A stretch of 39,850 bases of DNA from Guillardia theta CCMP2712 (taxonomy: Eukaryota; Protista; Cryptophyta), in contig NW_005434584.1 in NCBI RefSeq assembly GCF_000315625.1, positions 155,430-195,279 on the forward strand, written 5' to 3'. Numbering within the stretch: position 1 is the stretch's first letter; each line of letters begins with the position of its first letter. Shown one piece after another: positions 22,120 through 33,037 of the stretch. A program made the translations under genes and the position numbers. A model generated the notes under the pieces. The model made no database searches and was not told the DNA's origin. It was given only the letters and a program-made list of their open reading frames with translations.

Positions 22120-25100
22120 TCAAGTCTTGTCGCTCACCTCCAGGAACTTGTTGAGTTTGTGCATCTGCCTCCTTCCTCCCACGATCGCGGCTCGATGAGG
22201 AGCAGACGAGACCGACAGTCCATGAGCTCCTGCCCCTGTCCGAAGGCCTCGGGCTCCGACCTGCTCCTCTATGAGCTTACTGTTGGCTATCTGTGTCATG
22301 TTGCGCGTTAGGATTGGATGCGTCTTCAGCATGCCCTGCAGTCGCTCGATCTCCTTCGACTCAGCCGCGAAGGCCTTCACGTCCTTCTCGTCCGCTTCGT
22401 CTCCCACCTCCAGGCTCTGCGACATCTTCGCCGTCCAGCTCTGCGACCGGCTTTTCCTTTGCCTCCTCTCCTTCAGCTTCGCCAGCTTCTGCGCCCATCG
22501 CACGCGCTTGCGCAAGGGCGCGAACTGCTCGCTGTGGGCGGAGACTCTGGTGACGCCATGCAGCCCGTCGGTGAGGTTGAGCACCTTCTTGAGAGACCCG
22601 CGCACGTCTCGAGGGAGCAGGAGGACGCTGTAGCCGCGAGGAGCCGAGGGATGGTGCGCCGCTCGGCCGCTCCTGTGGGTGTAGAGGAAGCGAGAGAGTG
22701 GCAGGTCGAAGTGGATGACATGGCGCACGTGCGGGACGTCGAGGCCTCTGGCCGCCACGTCAGTCGCCACCAGCACCCCCGAGTCGCCGCTGCTGCTGAA
22801 GCGATCCATCATCTTGAGGCGAGCCCGCTGCTGCATGGAGGCATGGAAGGGAAAGGCCGGGAGATCGAGCGCTGCGAGGATGGCGGCGAGACGTCGAACT
22901 AGAGAGATGTGGTTTACGAAGATGATGGTGCGACCAGGGTTGTGGAGGAGGAAGAAGTAGATGAAGAGATCTCTCTCCTCTTCCTTGCACTTCACGACGA
23001 TCTCCTTGACTCGCGACGAGACGATCCTCGAGGTTGTCACGTTGATCAGGATCGGCTTGGTTGACATCTTCATGATCCTCCTCGCCACCTTGAACATGTT
23101 GAAGTAGCTCGTTGGCAGCTCCATTTCTTCCTTCACCCTTTTCCTCTTAGTGGCATTTCCCCTCTCTGCTGCCTGCGAGTCCTTCGCCCTCCTGAGTAGG
23201 TAGCGAGGTTGACGTGGAGAGAATGTAGCGGAGAAGAGGAAGGCTTGTCTAAGAGGAGGAGAAACTTCGTCTCCAACCACCTCTCCCGAAGTCTCCTCTT
23301 GCTCGGCGACCAACCTCACCAGTCCCTTACTTGACTCAGTGCATCTCTTCTCCAGCTCAGTAAGAGGGGCAGGGCTTGCGATGCCCTTGCCCGACAGCTT
23401 CATCGGTCGAGCTTGAGGAAGAAGATCCAACAGTCGCCGAAGCTCTCGGAACCGCCCGGACTCAACAAGTCTGTCAGCCTCGTCCAGGACTATGAAGCGA
23501 AGCTTGAGCATGGCAGGACGCAGAACCGCATGGTCCGACTCCAGCAGCTCCCACAATCTTCCCTGTCAACTCCAAACCAACGAACGAGGAGAAGTTCAAG
23601 AGTCAGAGGCAGAAGAGCGTTTGCAATCAGCGAGAGAGCGAGCAAGGGAGGAGGAGAAAGAGCGAGAGGATGAGTTGCAAGAGGAGAAGGTGGTCGTGGA
23701 AGGAGAGAGAAGAGATCACCGGTGTGCCCACAACAATGGCTGGGTGACGAGAAAGCTGCCTTTCTTGCTTGACTTCTGCCAGGCCCCCGACCACAGGGAT
23801 CGCCTTAGGAAAAGAAATGGAGGAGGAGGAGAAGTTAGTGGCTTGAGCTGCGAGCTGAAGTACAGAGTTCAAGTGATGACAGACTTGCAGGGACAACTCC
23901 CTAGTAGGGGAGACAATGAGTGCTTCTATTTGCCAGGCCTGCGCGTTTGAGGAAGAGGAGGAGTTTGTGCGTGAGGCTCGTTCTTCATAGAGAGAGAGGA
24001 GGTGGTGAAGAATTGGAAGGCCGTACGAGAGCGTCTTTCCTGCTCCTGTCTCAGCGATACCGATGACGTCTCTCCTTGAGAAACGTAACAAGTCAGATAA
24101 AGGTAGGTACAAGTCAAAGTCGGTTCACCTCATTTCAATGGCTGCCAATATTGATCGATTCTGAATCTCTGTAGGCGTGACAAACCCTAGACGAGAAAGG
24201 GCATAATGGAGGTGCGGATGGAGGAGAAGATGCTTCCAAGCAGGAAGAAGTTCGATCTTCTGTTGTTGATGCTTCCAAGCAGGAAGAAGTTCGATCTTCT
24301 GTTGTTCTGCTTCAACTGTTCCATTCTCCATCTGCATCTTGTCGACTGACTCTTCGTCACCACGTCTTCCTTTCTTCCTCCTCGTCTCACTTGCAGTAGC
24401 ATTTGATGCCACTCGGTTCTGGCTCGCTGAAGCATTTGATGCTGGTCTGTCTGTTTTGCCCGGTGCTCCATCTGTCCATCTCTTGGATGAAGCGCATTTA
24501 GCATCGTGCTCCGCTAAGAAATGTGAGGTGTATCGCTCCATCAACTTATCTCTTCCTCCAGCAAAGTTCCCCTCCCACCGCTTCTTTCTGATGTTGAAGA
24601 CGTGGAGGGGAAAGTCAGACCCCGGAAGCTCCTCGTCCTTGAACGTGATGAAACCTGACTTAGGTAGCGCTCCTTTCTTCTTCATGATCTCCCTCCGCTT
24701 CCGGTTCACCACCTCCAACCATGCTTGGGCATCCACCGCAGGAGCTTCTCGCTCCTTCTCATCTGCCTCCTTCAGGGCAGCGGATGTTGAGGTTCCATGA
24801 TCGACAGGCATCTTGAGTCGGAGAGGAGAGTCAGCGTGTCGCTCAGCGTCGCATTCCACTACGTTCTCCTCGAGGTTCAGTCGTCCGATTTCTTTTCCTT
24901 TGCTGGAGTAAAGCAATGAAGAGTTGCTTGCGATGAAGCACCTGATCCCATTCACTTCGATGGCTTCCCATCCCGACGGCAGTCGACCAGTTTCTCCTCC
25001 TCCTCCATCCACTTCGATCAGTTCAGACTCGCTCAATTCGTCACCTGAGCCCAAGCTCTCATCCTCCTCATCCATGTCGAAGTTCACTGTATCAGGGGAT

Positions 25101-25537
25101 GAAGAAGAGTCAGTCTCTGGCTCTTGCGAGGGAACGAGATCATCGGAGAGCTCTTCGTCTTGCTCCTGGCTCACTGCTTCCTCCTCCTCTTCCGACATTC
25201 CATCATCCTTGGGCTTCCCTCTTGCTGTCCAGTGGCGAGAGAACGGCTTCCTCCTCATTGTCGCTCTCATCTCATCTCTCAATGCCGCCCCCGAGGAGAG
25301 TTTTCTCCTCTTGACATGCTTTTGCTTCTTCGAGGCGAGAGAAGATCTGCTAGCCTTCTTGTTCCTCCCTCCCCTGACGTCAAGAATGGACAGGCAGACA
25401 TGTGAGTTGGTCCCTTGAACGATCGCTCTTGACGAGATCTGTGCTCTGTGTTGCCAGGAGCTCGAACAATCGCACAGGAAAAGGACGAAGAAAGTGGAAA
25501 AATAGATGGGACGCAAGTGAGAGCAGTAGGAGAGCAT
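22120..25537 (-). CDS. DDX24: DEAD-box RNA helicase, DDX24/Mak5 family, with N-terminal signal-peptide-like extension
   Basis: Q motif (GFVTPTEIQ), AETGAGKT, PTREL, GGLAEVKQERQL, VGTP|GRLWEL, DEAD, SAT, HASMQQRARLK, ATDVAARGLD, HRSGR. Introns at ~24126-24077 and ~23721-23565. First ATG at 25537 (the track's start at 25555 is GTG). Confidence 0.85.
24229..24306 (-). repeat. Perfect in-frame 39-bp tandem duplication inside DDX24 (QQKIELLPAWKH x2)
   Basis: gatgcttccaagcaggaagaagttcgatcttctgttgtt occurs twice in tandem. Confidence 0.95.
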
Positions 25538-25586
25538 GGCGATCAGTGGAGCCACCTTATTGATTCATTTCATGTCACTTTGAGAC

Positions 25587-25861
25587 CTCCTTCAGCTCTC
25601 CTTCAGCTCTCCTTCAGCTCTCCTTCAGCTCTCCTTCAGCTCTCCTTCAGCTCTCCTTCAGCTCTCCTTCAGCTCTCCTTCAGCTCTCCTTCAGCTCTCC
25701 TTCAGCTCTCCTTCAGCTCTCCTTCAGCTCTCCTTCAGCTCTCCTTCAGCTCTCCTTCAGCTCTCCTTCAGCTCTCCTTCAGCTCTCCTTCAGCTCTCCT
25801 TCAGCTCTCCTTCAGCTCTCCTTCAGCTCTCCTTCAGCTCTCCTTCAGCTCTCCTTCAGCT
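25587..25861 (+). repeat. Perfect 11-bp minisatellite (CTCCTTCAGCT)x25
   Basis: Seen directly, ~50 bp upstream of the DDX24 ATG. Confidence 0.97.
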
Positions 25862-26039
25862 CTTCTCCAGCATCGTGAGATGATGCGACCGGTCATGCAT
25901 GTTCAGCCTCCGCTGTTACTATTTTACTCAAACTGGTTGACTCCAGCCCGCCTCACCAGTAGAATGGTGACCGATCGGACGGTAGACCGTCAGACGGTTC
26001 CGAAGTTCTGCGCGGCCTGTGCGCCGTTGATGGAGCGTA

Positions 26040-26368
26040 TGTCAGCCGTGCCAGTCAGATAGCGCCGAGTTAACAAAAACTCTCCTGTATACCAAGACGA
26101 CTTACGTGTTTCAAGGCGGCATGTAGCGTGTGGGACGAAGAGGGGGCTTTTCCTAGCCGTCTTGTTAAGGTCCTCTCATGTCTGGATGCTGGGGTTTCAC
26201 ATCCTAGCATACAGTCTATCTCTCATGTGCTCCTCAATACTGGTTTTTGTGTGCATTAAACTTGGTCTTGAGCAAAAACTGTCTTGTTACAACTAAGGTC
26301 GATGTGATATCTGCGTGACTTTGGACTAGTACAAGTCTAACAAACTTGTATTCCGTCGGTTATGAGCC
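26040..26368 (+). mobile_element. Copia-type 5' LTR followed by half-tRNA(iMet) primer-binding site; internal region lost
   Basis: LTR 26040-26357 is homologous to the solo LTR at 16797. It is immediately followed by GGTTATGAGCC, complementary to the initiator-tRNA anticodon arm, as in copia/Ty5-type elements. Confidence 0.7.
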
Positions 26369-27139
26369 TCGATTACATGCCCAATCATGTTGATCTTATA
26401 TTTGGTTAGTTGAATTGTTTACTGGAGTTTTTTCTTTCTTGGTATTGTTTTCATCGTTGCTGTTGAAAATTCATGCAATTCTTATCAAGCCTTACACATT
26501 CGGATGACTCCTCTCTTCAATCAGGCTCTCTCTAGCCGCAAGTTGTTTAGGCCTCTCATCTCAGCCTCAAATTGTTTGATTGATCTTCGAATAGGAAAAA
26601 CAAGCCTTTCCCCAGCCAGATTGGTCGGTCGAATATCTGCTTAACCGTGTGGAAACGCACTTGGGAGCTTATTCGATTCTTATTTTTCTTGATCTTTGAG
26701 TAGGATCAAATGGAACTACCAGGAGATCTGGCGGAAGTTTTCATGTACGGTCATGGAGCTAGGCTGTGGCATGCATAACTGGAGCTACTTCTGGATCGGC
26801 GAACAAGGTACAACTGCACAACAATCTTCAAATGCGGGAAACGGGGCATTTTACTTGAAAATCAAATATGACGATTCAGACAATGATTGGATTATTGTTC
26901 CTACAACGGACCCGAAACTACGTCTGACATCTGAACGCGTGAATCTGTTCACAATGATACGTTCTAGACGGTCCGATCAGGAGGCCAATCGACCTTAACA
27001 GGAATGTTTAATCAATCTCGGACGGCAGAAGCGGCCTACTAGCCTTCTTTCTGTGCAAGGGCGGCATATCTCAGCCTGCCCGGAGGACGATAGTAACCAC
27101 ATTACGTTCGCTTGTTGGTTTTGGGGTTCTTTTTCCTGT

Positions 27140-27760
27140 GGGGCTCTGATACAGGCTGAGACATCCCATCTTCTTCAGAGTCTTCGTGAAAACGTGATTT
27201 GAACCAACTCCGCGGGCTGGTTGACAGGCCATACAGGCTCTTCTTCAGACGAAGTAGTCTTCCCCTTGGTAAGGCGAGCTGTTCTGGAGGTAACATGTAA
27301 ATTTCCTCGTCGATATCTGCATTCAAAAACGCGGTCGAAATATCTCGCATCGTCAACAACCAGGTGTTTCCAGCGGCAATTGCACAAATGAGCCTAACGT
27401 TCTGGAAATCTGACGTTGGAGCATATACTGGACCATCAGTGGGAACTAGATTGCCCAGGATGACCAACCTCGCCTTAAATTTCGCAATCTCACCTTCAGT
27501 ATTGTATTTCAAATTGGAATGGAGCGATCTTCGCCTTTCGGTTTCTGGGATAATCCACTTCTTCCCACACTACTGCCGTTGAGTTCTTTAAGCTCAGCTT
27601 GCAACCATTGGTGTCTTTCTGCGCTCAGCAACATTTGCTTTCTGGTCTTCGGAGCTTGGATTCTACCGGTAGTGTCGATTCTGCTGCTGGCCGAATTGTC
27701 TGCCGCACTTGTCTGCAACAATTGAACCGTATTTCCCTGAGCTTCTGACTGAGACATCCA
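27140..27760 (-). pseudogene. Ty1/copia reverse transcriptase fragment (RVT_2-like), frameshifted
   Basis: PKTRKQML..W..AE..EL, KFKARLVILG, YAPT, DISTAFLNADIDEEIYM, LKKSLYGL..SPRSWF. Confidence 0.88.
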
Positions 27761-27799
27761 TGAACTTACACATGTAGGCCATCAGCATTTTGCTGTGAG

Positions 27800-28970
27800 A
27801 GGCTTGCTCCGGCCCGACGTTCGTCTCAGGGTAGTGCGTTCATCGCCGCTGTCGGACGCTGCAGCTGGTCCGAGCTCTCCCCCCCGACGTGAGCCTATAC
27901 CGGCACAGTTGCTGCTTTCTTCTGCTTGAGGCACTTTTTACCTTGTGCGAACGCCCTCATCATGACAATCATTAGTACCGGCGGGCAGCGCCGGCTCCTT
28001 GGCCGTCGATGGCTTTTTACCAGCAATGCTGGTTACTTTCGGTCTTGTGATTTGCTGTGTTATGTGTGCTCTAAATCTTCAATCCATCCTCATGGGCACA
28101 AAACCAAGGCCGGTCTCGAGCTACCGTATCCCGGGCCCTCAAGGCTTTCCCGCATCGCTATCATGCTCAGATCCAGACCTACTGCGCATGACAACCTTAC
28201 TCGAACAGTCAAGGCGATGCTCAGCGAAGCCGGCCTCCATTGCGTCCTCGATACACTGCCACGGTCGGGAATCCTCGGTCTCGACGGCAGGTACTCTCCC
28301 TGGTGCCGTGAAGTTTTATTCGCAGAAGGTGCTTGCTGCGTCACCTCGAGCGGTACCGTGCTCAGGCTGTGCCCAGCCTCCCTCTGTCCGCTCAGCCCCC
28401 GGCGGACCCCCGGGCAGCGCCGGCTCCTTGTCGGCGGCTGCTCTTTCTCCGTCCGCGGCCCGGCCAGCTTTGCGGCTGCTGCTTTTAGCTCTGCCAGTAA
28501 ATCCGTAGGCCTTGCTGCTGGTCCGAGCTCGCCTGCTTCCTCCCCGGCATCGGTCGGGTCCCGCCGGTCCTTGGGCCGCCCGGATGATTGCTGCGGCGTC
28601 GCCGTCGTCACGGGCGGTGTTGGTCTACCGGGCTACCGCTGACTCGGAGGCTAGCGAGGAGGAATTCCTCCTGCATGCTCCTGCTGCTAAAAAAGATACG
28701 GATTTACTGGCAGAAGGTAAAAAGTGCCTCAAGCAAAACAAAGCTGCTTGTTGCTGCTTGTTGCTTGATTGCTTGACCCTTCGGCTGCTTCGCGCTTGGG
28801 CTGGCGATGCCGGGTCTGCTGACGGTTGCCACTGTGCGCTGTGTGCCAGGAGGTTTAGCTTGTTCCTGCTTTGGTTTGCTTGTGGCACTTTTTACCTTCT
28901 GCCAGTAAATCTTCGAGTACCCCAGTTGCTTGTTCCTGCTTTGTTTTGCTTGAGGCACTTTTTACCTTCT
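27800..28970. mobile_element. Nested, scrambled fragments of the CRE-like non-LTR family (endonuclease pieces and 3' ends)
   Basis: 28084-28300 is homologous to 36020-36165 (PTAHDNLTRT, HPHG). 3'-end copies end at ~27944, 28504, 28911 and 28970 (+), with an inverted copy at 28700-28744. Confidence 0.8.
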
Positions 28971-29198
28971 TGTTAGGAAAACTTCCTACAAGTATCTCTC
29001 GATCCAGCGTTGACACACGAAGTGATCCCGTCAAGAAACCAAAGAACAAGCGCGCGACAGCAATGCACAATTCAACGGCAATTTACTCCAAATCCACGTT
29101 AGAGATAAAGAAAAGTAAGTAATCTAATTTCCTAAGAAACGAGACTGCCTAGGACACCTACTTAAGAAAGACAGGAAGTCAGTAAACATATCCTATCA
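28971..29198 (-). repeat. 3' LTR of chromovirus
   Basis: Direct repeat of 34511-34738; preceded on the minus strand by purine-rich AGGGAGCGAAA (PPT). Confidence 0.97.
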
Positions 29199-29266
29199 TT
29201 TCGCTCCCTAGCGCTGATAGATGAGAACACACTTCTCAGCTCCAACTTCGCTGCAAACACCAAGAA

Positions 29267-32200
29267 TCATTTAGCATTCACAAGATTGAAATCACGAATC
29301 ATTTTCCTCAACTCTGGAGTGCGAAATTCACGCGTAGACAACCAAGAATCATCCGACGACTTGTCATATCCTTTCCAACGAACCAGGTACTGCACACGAT
29401 TACCTTTCCCACGACGAGCCAAAATACGATCGACTTCAAAATACTGTCCATCGCGTTGAACCAAAGGCAACGGTGGTGGTTCAATTTCATCCAAGGAAAC
29501 ATCCCGAAAATAGTAAGGACGAAGTTTCGCCACGTTGAAAACTGTTTTCTTCATGTGTTGAAAACGCGGTGTGAACTCCAAGCGCACAGAGTTATCTGAA
29601 ACTTTCTCTTGTATCTTGAAAGGTCCAATGAAACGAATTTTCATCTTGCCCATGGACTCATGCAACTTCAAATCGCGCGTCGACAACATAACGAAGTCGC
29701 CAACATTGAATTGCAGATCCTTCCGAGATCGCTTCATAGTCTTCTCCTTCTGAATCGCTGACAACGTTAACGCATCGCGAGCCAAGTCGACGGCTGCCAT
29801 GATCTTGTCACGTACTTCCTCCACGTCCTCAGCACGATCGTCAGGAGTCAGGTCCAAAACTGTACGAACGTCTCTGCCATAGATGATCTCAAACGGCGTA
29901 AGATTCGTCGCATCTCTAACGGTCGTATTCCAAATTGTCTCCAGATGTACGAGATAATCATCCCAAGACTTGCTATCGTGCCGCATGCAGTAGATCCGCA
30001 AGGCTTCAACTATGACACTGTTGAACTTCTCAACTCGTCCCTGCGACTGCGGATGATAAACGCTGCTATGGCGTATGTCGATTCCCATGAGAGTGAACAA
30101 CTCAGTCCAAAATTCTGAAGAAAACAAACTCCCGTTGTCCGAGACCAACGTTTTGCAAATCCCTTGAGCACGATAAACCGTCTCGAAATACGCACGAGCT
30201 GCTCCTTTCGATGTGATCGTCTTCTTACACGGATACAAGAACACCCTGTTGGAAAACTGATCGAGAAACACCAAGACACTGTCGTTTCCCCGCTTCGAGG
30301 TGGGCAGCGCTGTAAGCAAATCCACTGAAATCTTCTCGAATCGCTCACGCGGAACCAAATGACTGTGCGGTTCGCCAGCCGCTCGTTGCTTGTAACTCTT
30401 GCCTTGCAAGCACTCCGCACACGAGTTGACATAGTTCGCGACGTCCTTACTCATGGTCGGCCAGAAGGCAATTTGCGACGCCTTCAAGAAAGTCTTCGTC
30501 TTCCCTACATGGCAAGAATCGTCATGAATCAGGCGCAAGAACTTCGCTCGAGAATGATAAGGAATACACACACGTTCCCGACCAAGCGAGTCCTTCCAAA
30601 ACAAGACTCCGTCTCGCAGAAAATAAGTTCGACGCTGCATTGGGACTAGGTTTCCCTGTTGAATGTCCTGGAGAACCTGCGCGAAATATCTGTCCTGCTG
30701 ATAATTTTTGACGACATCAGCTGTAAATGCGTTGTCTGTTGCTAGAGCGTAGCAGTGCGTAACAACCTCTGCATCACTGTCAGTCACCTCCATCACCTCC
30801 CCCTCCCCAGAGGACGAGATGGTACAAAGCAAGGTAGGATCCAAGTTGACCAAATCAGCACGCTGTCGAATCTCATCGTCTAACGCACTCTGTGACGGCA
30901 CAACCGTAGAATCGTTCGGACGAGATAGGTAGTCAGCGATGACATTCTCTTCTCCAGGAATGTAGGAGATTTCATCCAAATCGAAATCAGCAAGAATTTG
31001 ACTCCATCGAAACAATCGACCCGTGAGGTTGCTCTGCGTAAGAAGATACTTGAGACTCTTGTGATCTGTACGAACCAACACCCTGCGTCCGTACAAGTAA
31101 AACTTGAAATGAACCAATGCTGCAATCAATCCCAGAAGCTCTTTCTCGCGCACTGAATAATTTACCTCGGCACTGTTGAGACGCTTGCTGAAGAAGGCGA
31201 CAGGCAACAGATCTTCGCCATGCTGTTGTGTCAAGACAGCACCAATGGCGTAGTCGCTCGCATCGACCAACACGCAAGTAGCTAACGCTGGGTTGAAGTA
31301 CCTTAAAACAGGGGCTGATATCAAACGCTTCTTCAGCTCCTGAAAGGCCGCCTCTTGCGCGTCATCCCAACAAAACTTCACATTCTTGCGTAGGAGATTC
31401 GTTAGCGGAAGTGCTAACGCTGCGTAATCCGGCACATACTTCCTGTAAAAGTTCAACACTCCCAAAAACGACTTGAGTTCCTTCACTGCCTGAGGTGCCG
31501 TACGATCCACAATCGCTTGTACCTTTTTCTCTTGTGTCGAGACGCCTGCCTCGCTGATGTGGAAACCGAGGAAATCAATTTCAGAGTGAAACAGCTTACA
31601 TTTCGACTTCTTGACAAACAACTGCTCTTTGCGAAAGCGATCCAGAGCCTGTCGAAGCAAACGCTCATGTCTCTCCAAGCTCCCATAACTGATCAAGCAA
31701 ACATCGTCGATATAGCTCAGGCAATTCTCGAGACCTTGAAGAACACTCTCGAGAAATTTCTGAAATTGATTTGCCGAATCTACCAAGCCGAAAGGAATCC
31801 TCCGATACTGATATTTCCCAAACTTCGTGATGAAACAGGTGTACTTCCTCGACGCGGCGTCCAACTCAAGTTGCCAAAAACTTTTCGCCAGGTCGAGTGA
31901 GCTGATCCACAACCGTGCCCCAGGTTCTGAAGCATAACGCGCTCTCTCTTCCATGATCTTTCGACCCACTCGTTCTATCAGCTCCATCACCAACGGCAAT
32001 GGAAAGTTATCATTCCGGATCAAGCTGTTAACGAACCTCATATCAGTGCAAAAACGCAATGTACCATCAGACTTTTTTGTGAAGATTACGGGAGACGTAA
32101 ACTCAGACGTCGAAGGTTCAATGATCCCACGCTCCAACAAGAAGGCAAGATTCGCTTTCAACTCCTCCTCCAACGCGAGTGGCACAGGGTAAGGTTTCTT

Positions 32201-33037
32201 TTGCACCGCCTCAACGTTATCCTTGAGTCGAATCGTCGCCTTGAAGGACCGGTCAAGAACAACGTCGCTGGGAATGTCATCACGAATGACATCCGAATAA
32301 TCTTCCATGATCGTCTCGGCCGCCTTCTGCTCGAGACTCGTGGCACCATCTGTCGGCTGAGCCATCTCCAACAGGTTGCACAAATGTACCACGTACCATT
32401 CCGAATCGTTCTGCTTGAGGTCTCTCACTGCCTCAGTGTAAGAAAGTACCTGACACAGCGAGGCGTCCGCAGCCCCGAATTGCTTGTTTGTCGGGCAAAC
32501 AAGTAACGGAAGCTCGACCATCTTCTTGCGCCACTTGGCAAAGACTCTGGGGTGACCCGCATCAATCACGATCTTGTTCGCACGCATCCATTCCCATGAG
32601 AGGATCATGTCCGCATGCGGCAAGTCAAGCATGTAGAACGACCCACTACTCTTGAAACTGGAGCCTACGCCCAATTTTGTCTGGAAAACCATATCAGACA
32701 ACCTACTAGTCCCATCGGCCATGATAACTCGTTTGCGAACTTCTGCATCCGTGACCAACAGACCAAATTTGCGCACTGCCTTCGTGCTGATAAACGACTC
32801 TTCAGCAGCGGTATCGAGCAATGCATTAAGAACTATGGATTGATTCCCGAACCGAAAGGTCACAGGTACCATAGGTAGAGCTTTGATCCTGTGAGAGTCA
32901 ACGGTGATACGACATTGACGAACATCCCTAGGATCTTCTGGCGGAGGTGTGCCCGGGTCGAAGACAACATTCGAAGTCTGCAAACCCGTGCCCCCGTCGA
33001 TTGCGCCCTCCGCGGCAACCGACGTCACTGGTTTAAA
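29267..33037 (-). CDS. pol: Pol polyprotein (aspartic protease, RT, RNase H, integrase, chromodomain), reached by -1 frameshift from gag
   Basis: LLDTAA (protease), LDLAKSFWQ/PFGL/YIDD (RT), VDAS..EKELL..TDH..AD (RNase H), HHCC + DDE (integrase), YFEVDRILARR..QYLVRWKGY..DSW (chromodomain). ORF is uninterrupted. Confidence 0.96.
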   Translation of the reverse strand, partial: FKPVTSVAAEGAIDGGTGLQTSNVVFDPGTPPPEDPRDVRQCRITVDSHRIKALPMVPVTFRFGNQSIVLNALLDTAAEESFISTKAVRKFGLLVTDAEVRKRVIMADGTSRLSDMVFQTKLGVGSSFKSSGSFYMLDLPHADMILSWEWMRANKIVIDAGHPRVFAKWRKKMVELPLLVCPTNKQFGAADASLCQVLSYTEAVRDLKQNDSEWYVVHLCNLLEMAQPTDGATSLEQKAAETIMEDYSDVIRDDIPSDVVLDRSFKATIRLKDNVEAVQKKPYPVPLALEEELKANLAFLLERGIIEPSTSEFTSPVIFTKKSDGTLRFCTDMRFVNSLIRNDNFPLPLVMELIERVGRKIMEERARYASEPGARLWISSLDLAKSFWQLELDAASRKYTCFITKFGKYQYRRIPFGLVDSANQFQKFLESVLQGLENCLSYIDDVCLISYGSLERHERLLRQALDRFRKEQLFVKKSKCKLFHSEIDFLGFHISEAGVSTQEKKVQAIVDRTAPQAVKELKSFLGVLNFYRKYVPDYAALALPLTNLLRKNVKFCWDDAQEAAFQELKKRLISAPVLRYFNPALATCVLVDASDYAIGAVLTQQHGEDLLPVAFFSKRLNSAEVNYSVREKELLGLIAALVHFKFYLYGRRVLVRTDHKSLKYLLTQSNLTGRLFRWSQILADFDLDEISYIPGEENVIADYLSRPNDSTVVPSQSALDDEIRQRADLVNLDPTLLCTISSSGEGEVMEVTDSDAEVVTHCYALATDNAFTADVVKNYQQDRYFAQVLQDIQQGNLVPMQRRTYFLRDGVLFWKDSLGRERVCIPYHSRAKFLRLIHDDSCHVGKTKTFLKASQIAFWPTMSKDVANYVNSCAECLQGKSYKQRAAGEPHSHLVPRERFEKISVDLLTALPTSKRGNDSVLVFLDQFSNRVFLYPCKKTITSKGAARAYFETVYRAQGICKTLVSDNGSLFSSEFWTELFTLMGIDIRHSSVYHPQSQGRVEKFNSVIVEALRIYCMRHDSKSWDDYLVHLETIWNTTVRDATNLTPFEIIYGRDVRTVLDLTPDDRAEDVEEVRDKIMAAVDLARDALTLSAIQKEKTMKRSRKDLQFNVGDFVMLSTRDLKLHESMGKMKIRFIGPFKIQEKVSDNSVRLEFTPRFQHMKKTVFNVAKLRPYYFRDVSLDEIEPPPLPLVQRDGQYFEVDRILARRGKGNRVQYLVRWKGYDKSSDDSWLSTREFRTPELRKMIRDFNLVNAK
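32996..33037 (-). promoter_or_regulatory. -1 programmed ribosomal frameshift signal (U UUA AAC + stem-loop)
   Basis: Gag frame reads GCT TTA AAC CAG TGA. After a 6-nt spacer, CGUCGGUUGC pairs with GCAAUCGACG (10 bp, one G-U). The -1 frame is the pol ORF. Confidence 0.85.

Noticed and set aside
25448-26062. 204-aa ORF with SPSALLQLSFS repeats
   Set aside because: Translation of a stop-free 11-bp minisatellite.
28871-29122. Small ORFs over the LTRs (also 34450-34662) and many short ORFs at 36500-39850
   Set aside because: Chance frames in LTR or 3'-UTR repeat sequence, with no domain motifs.
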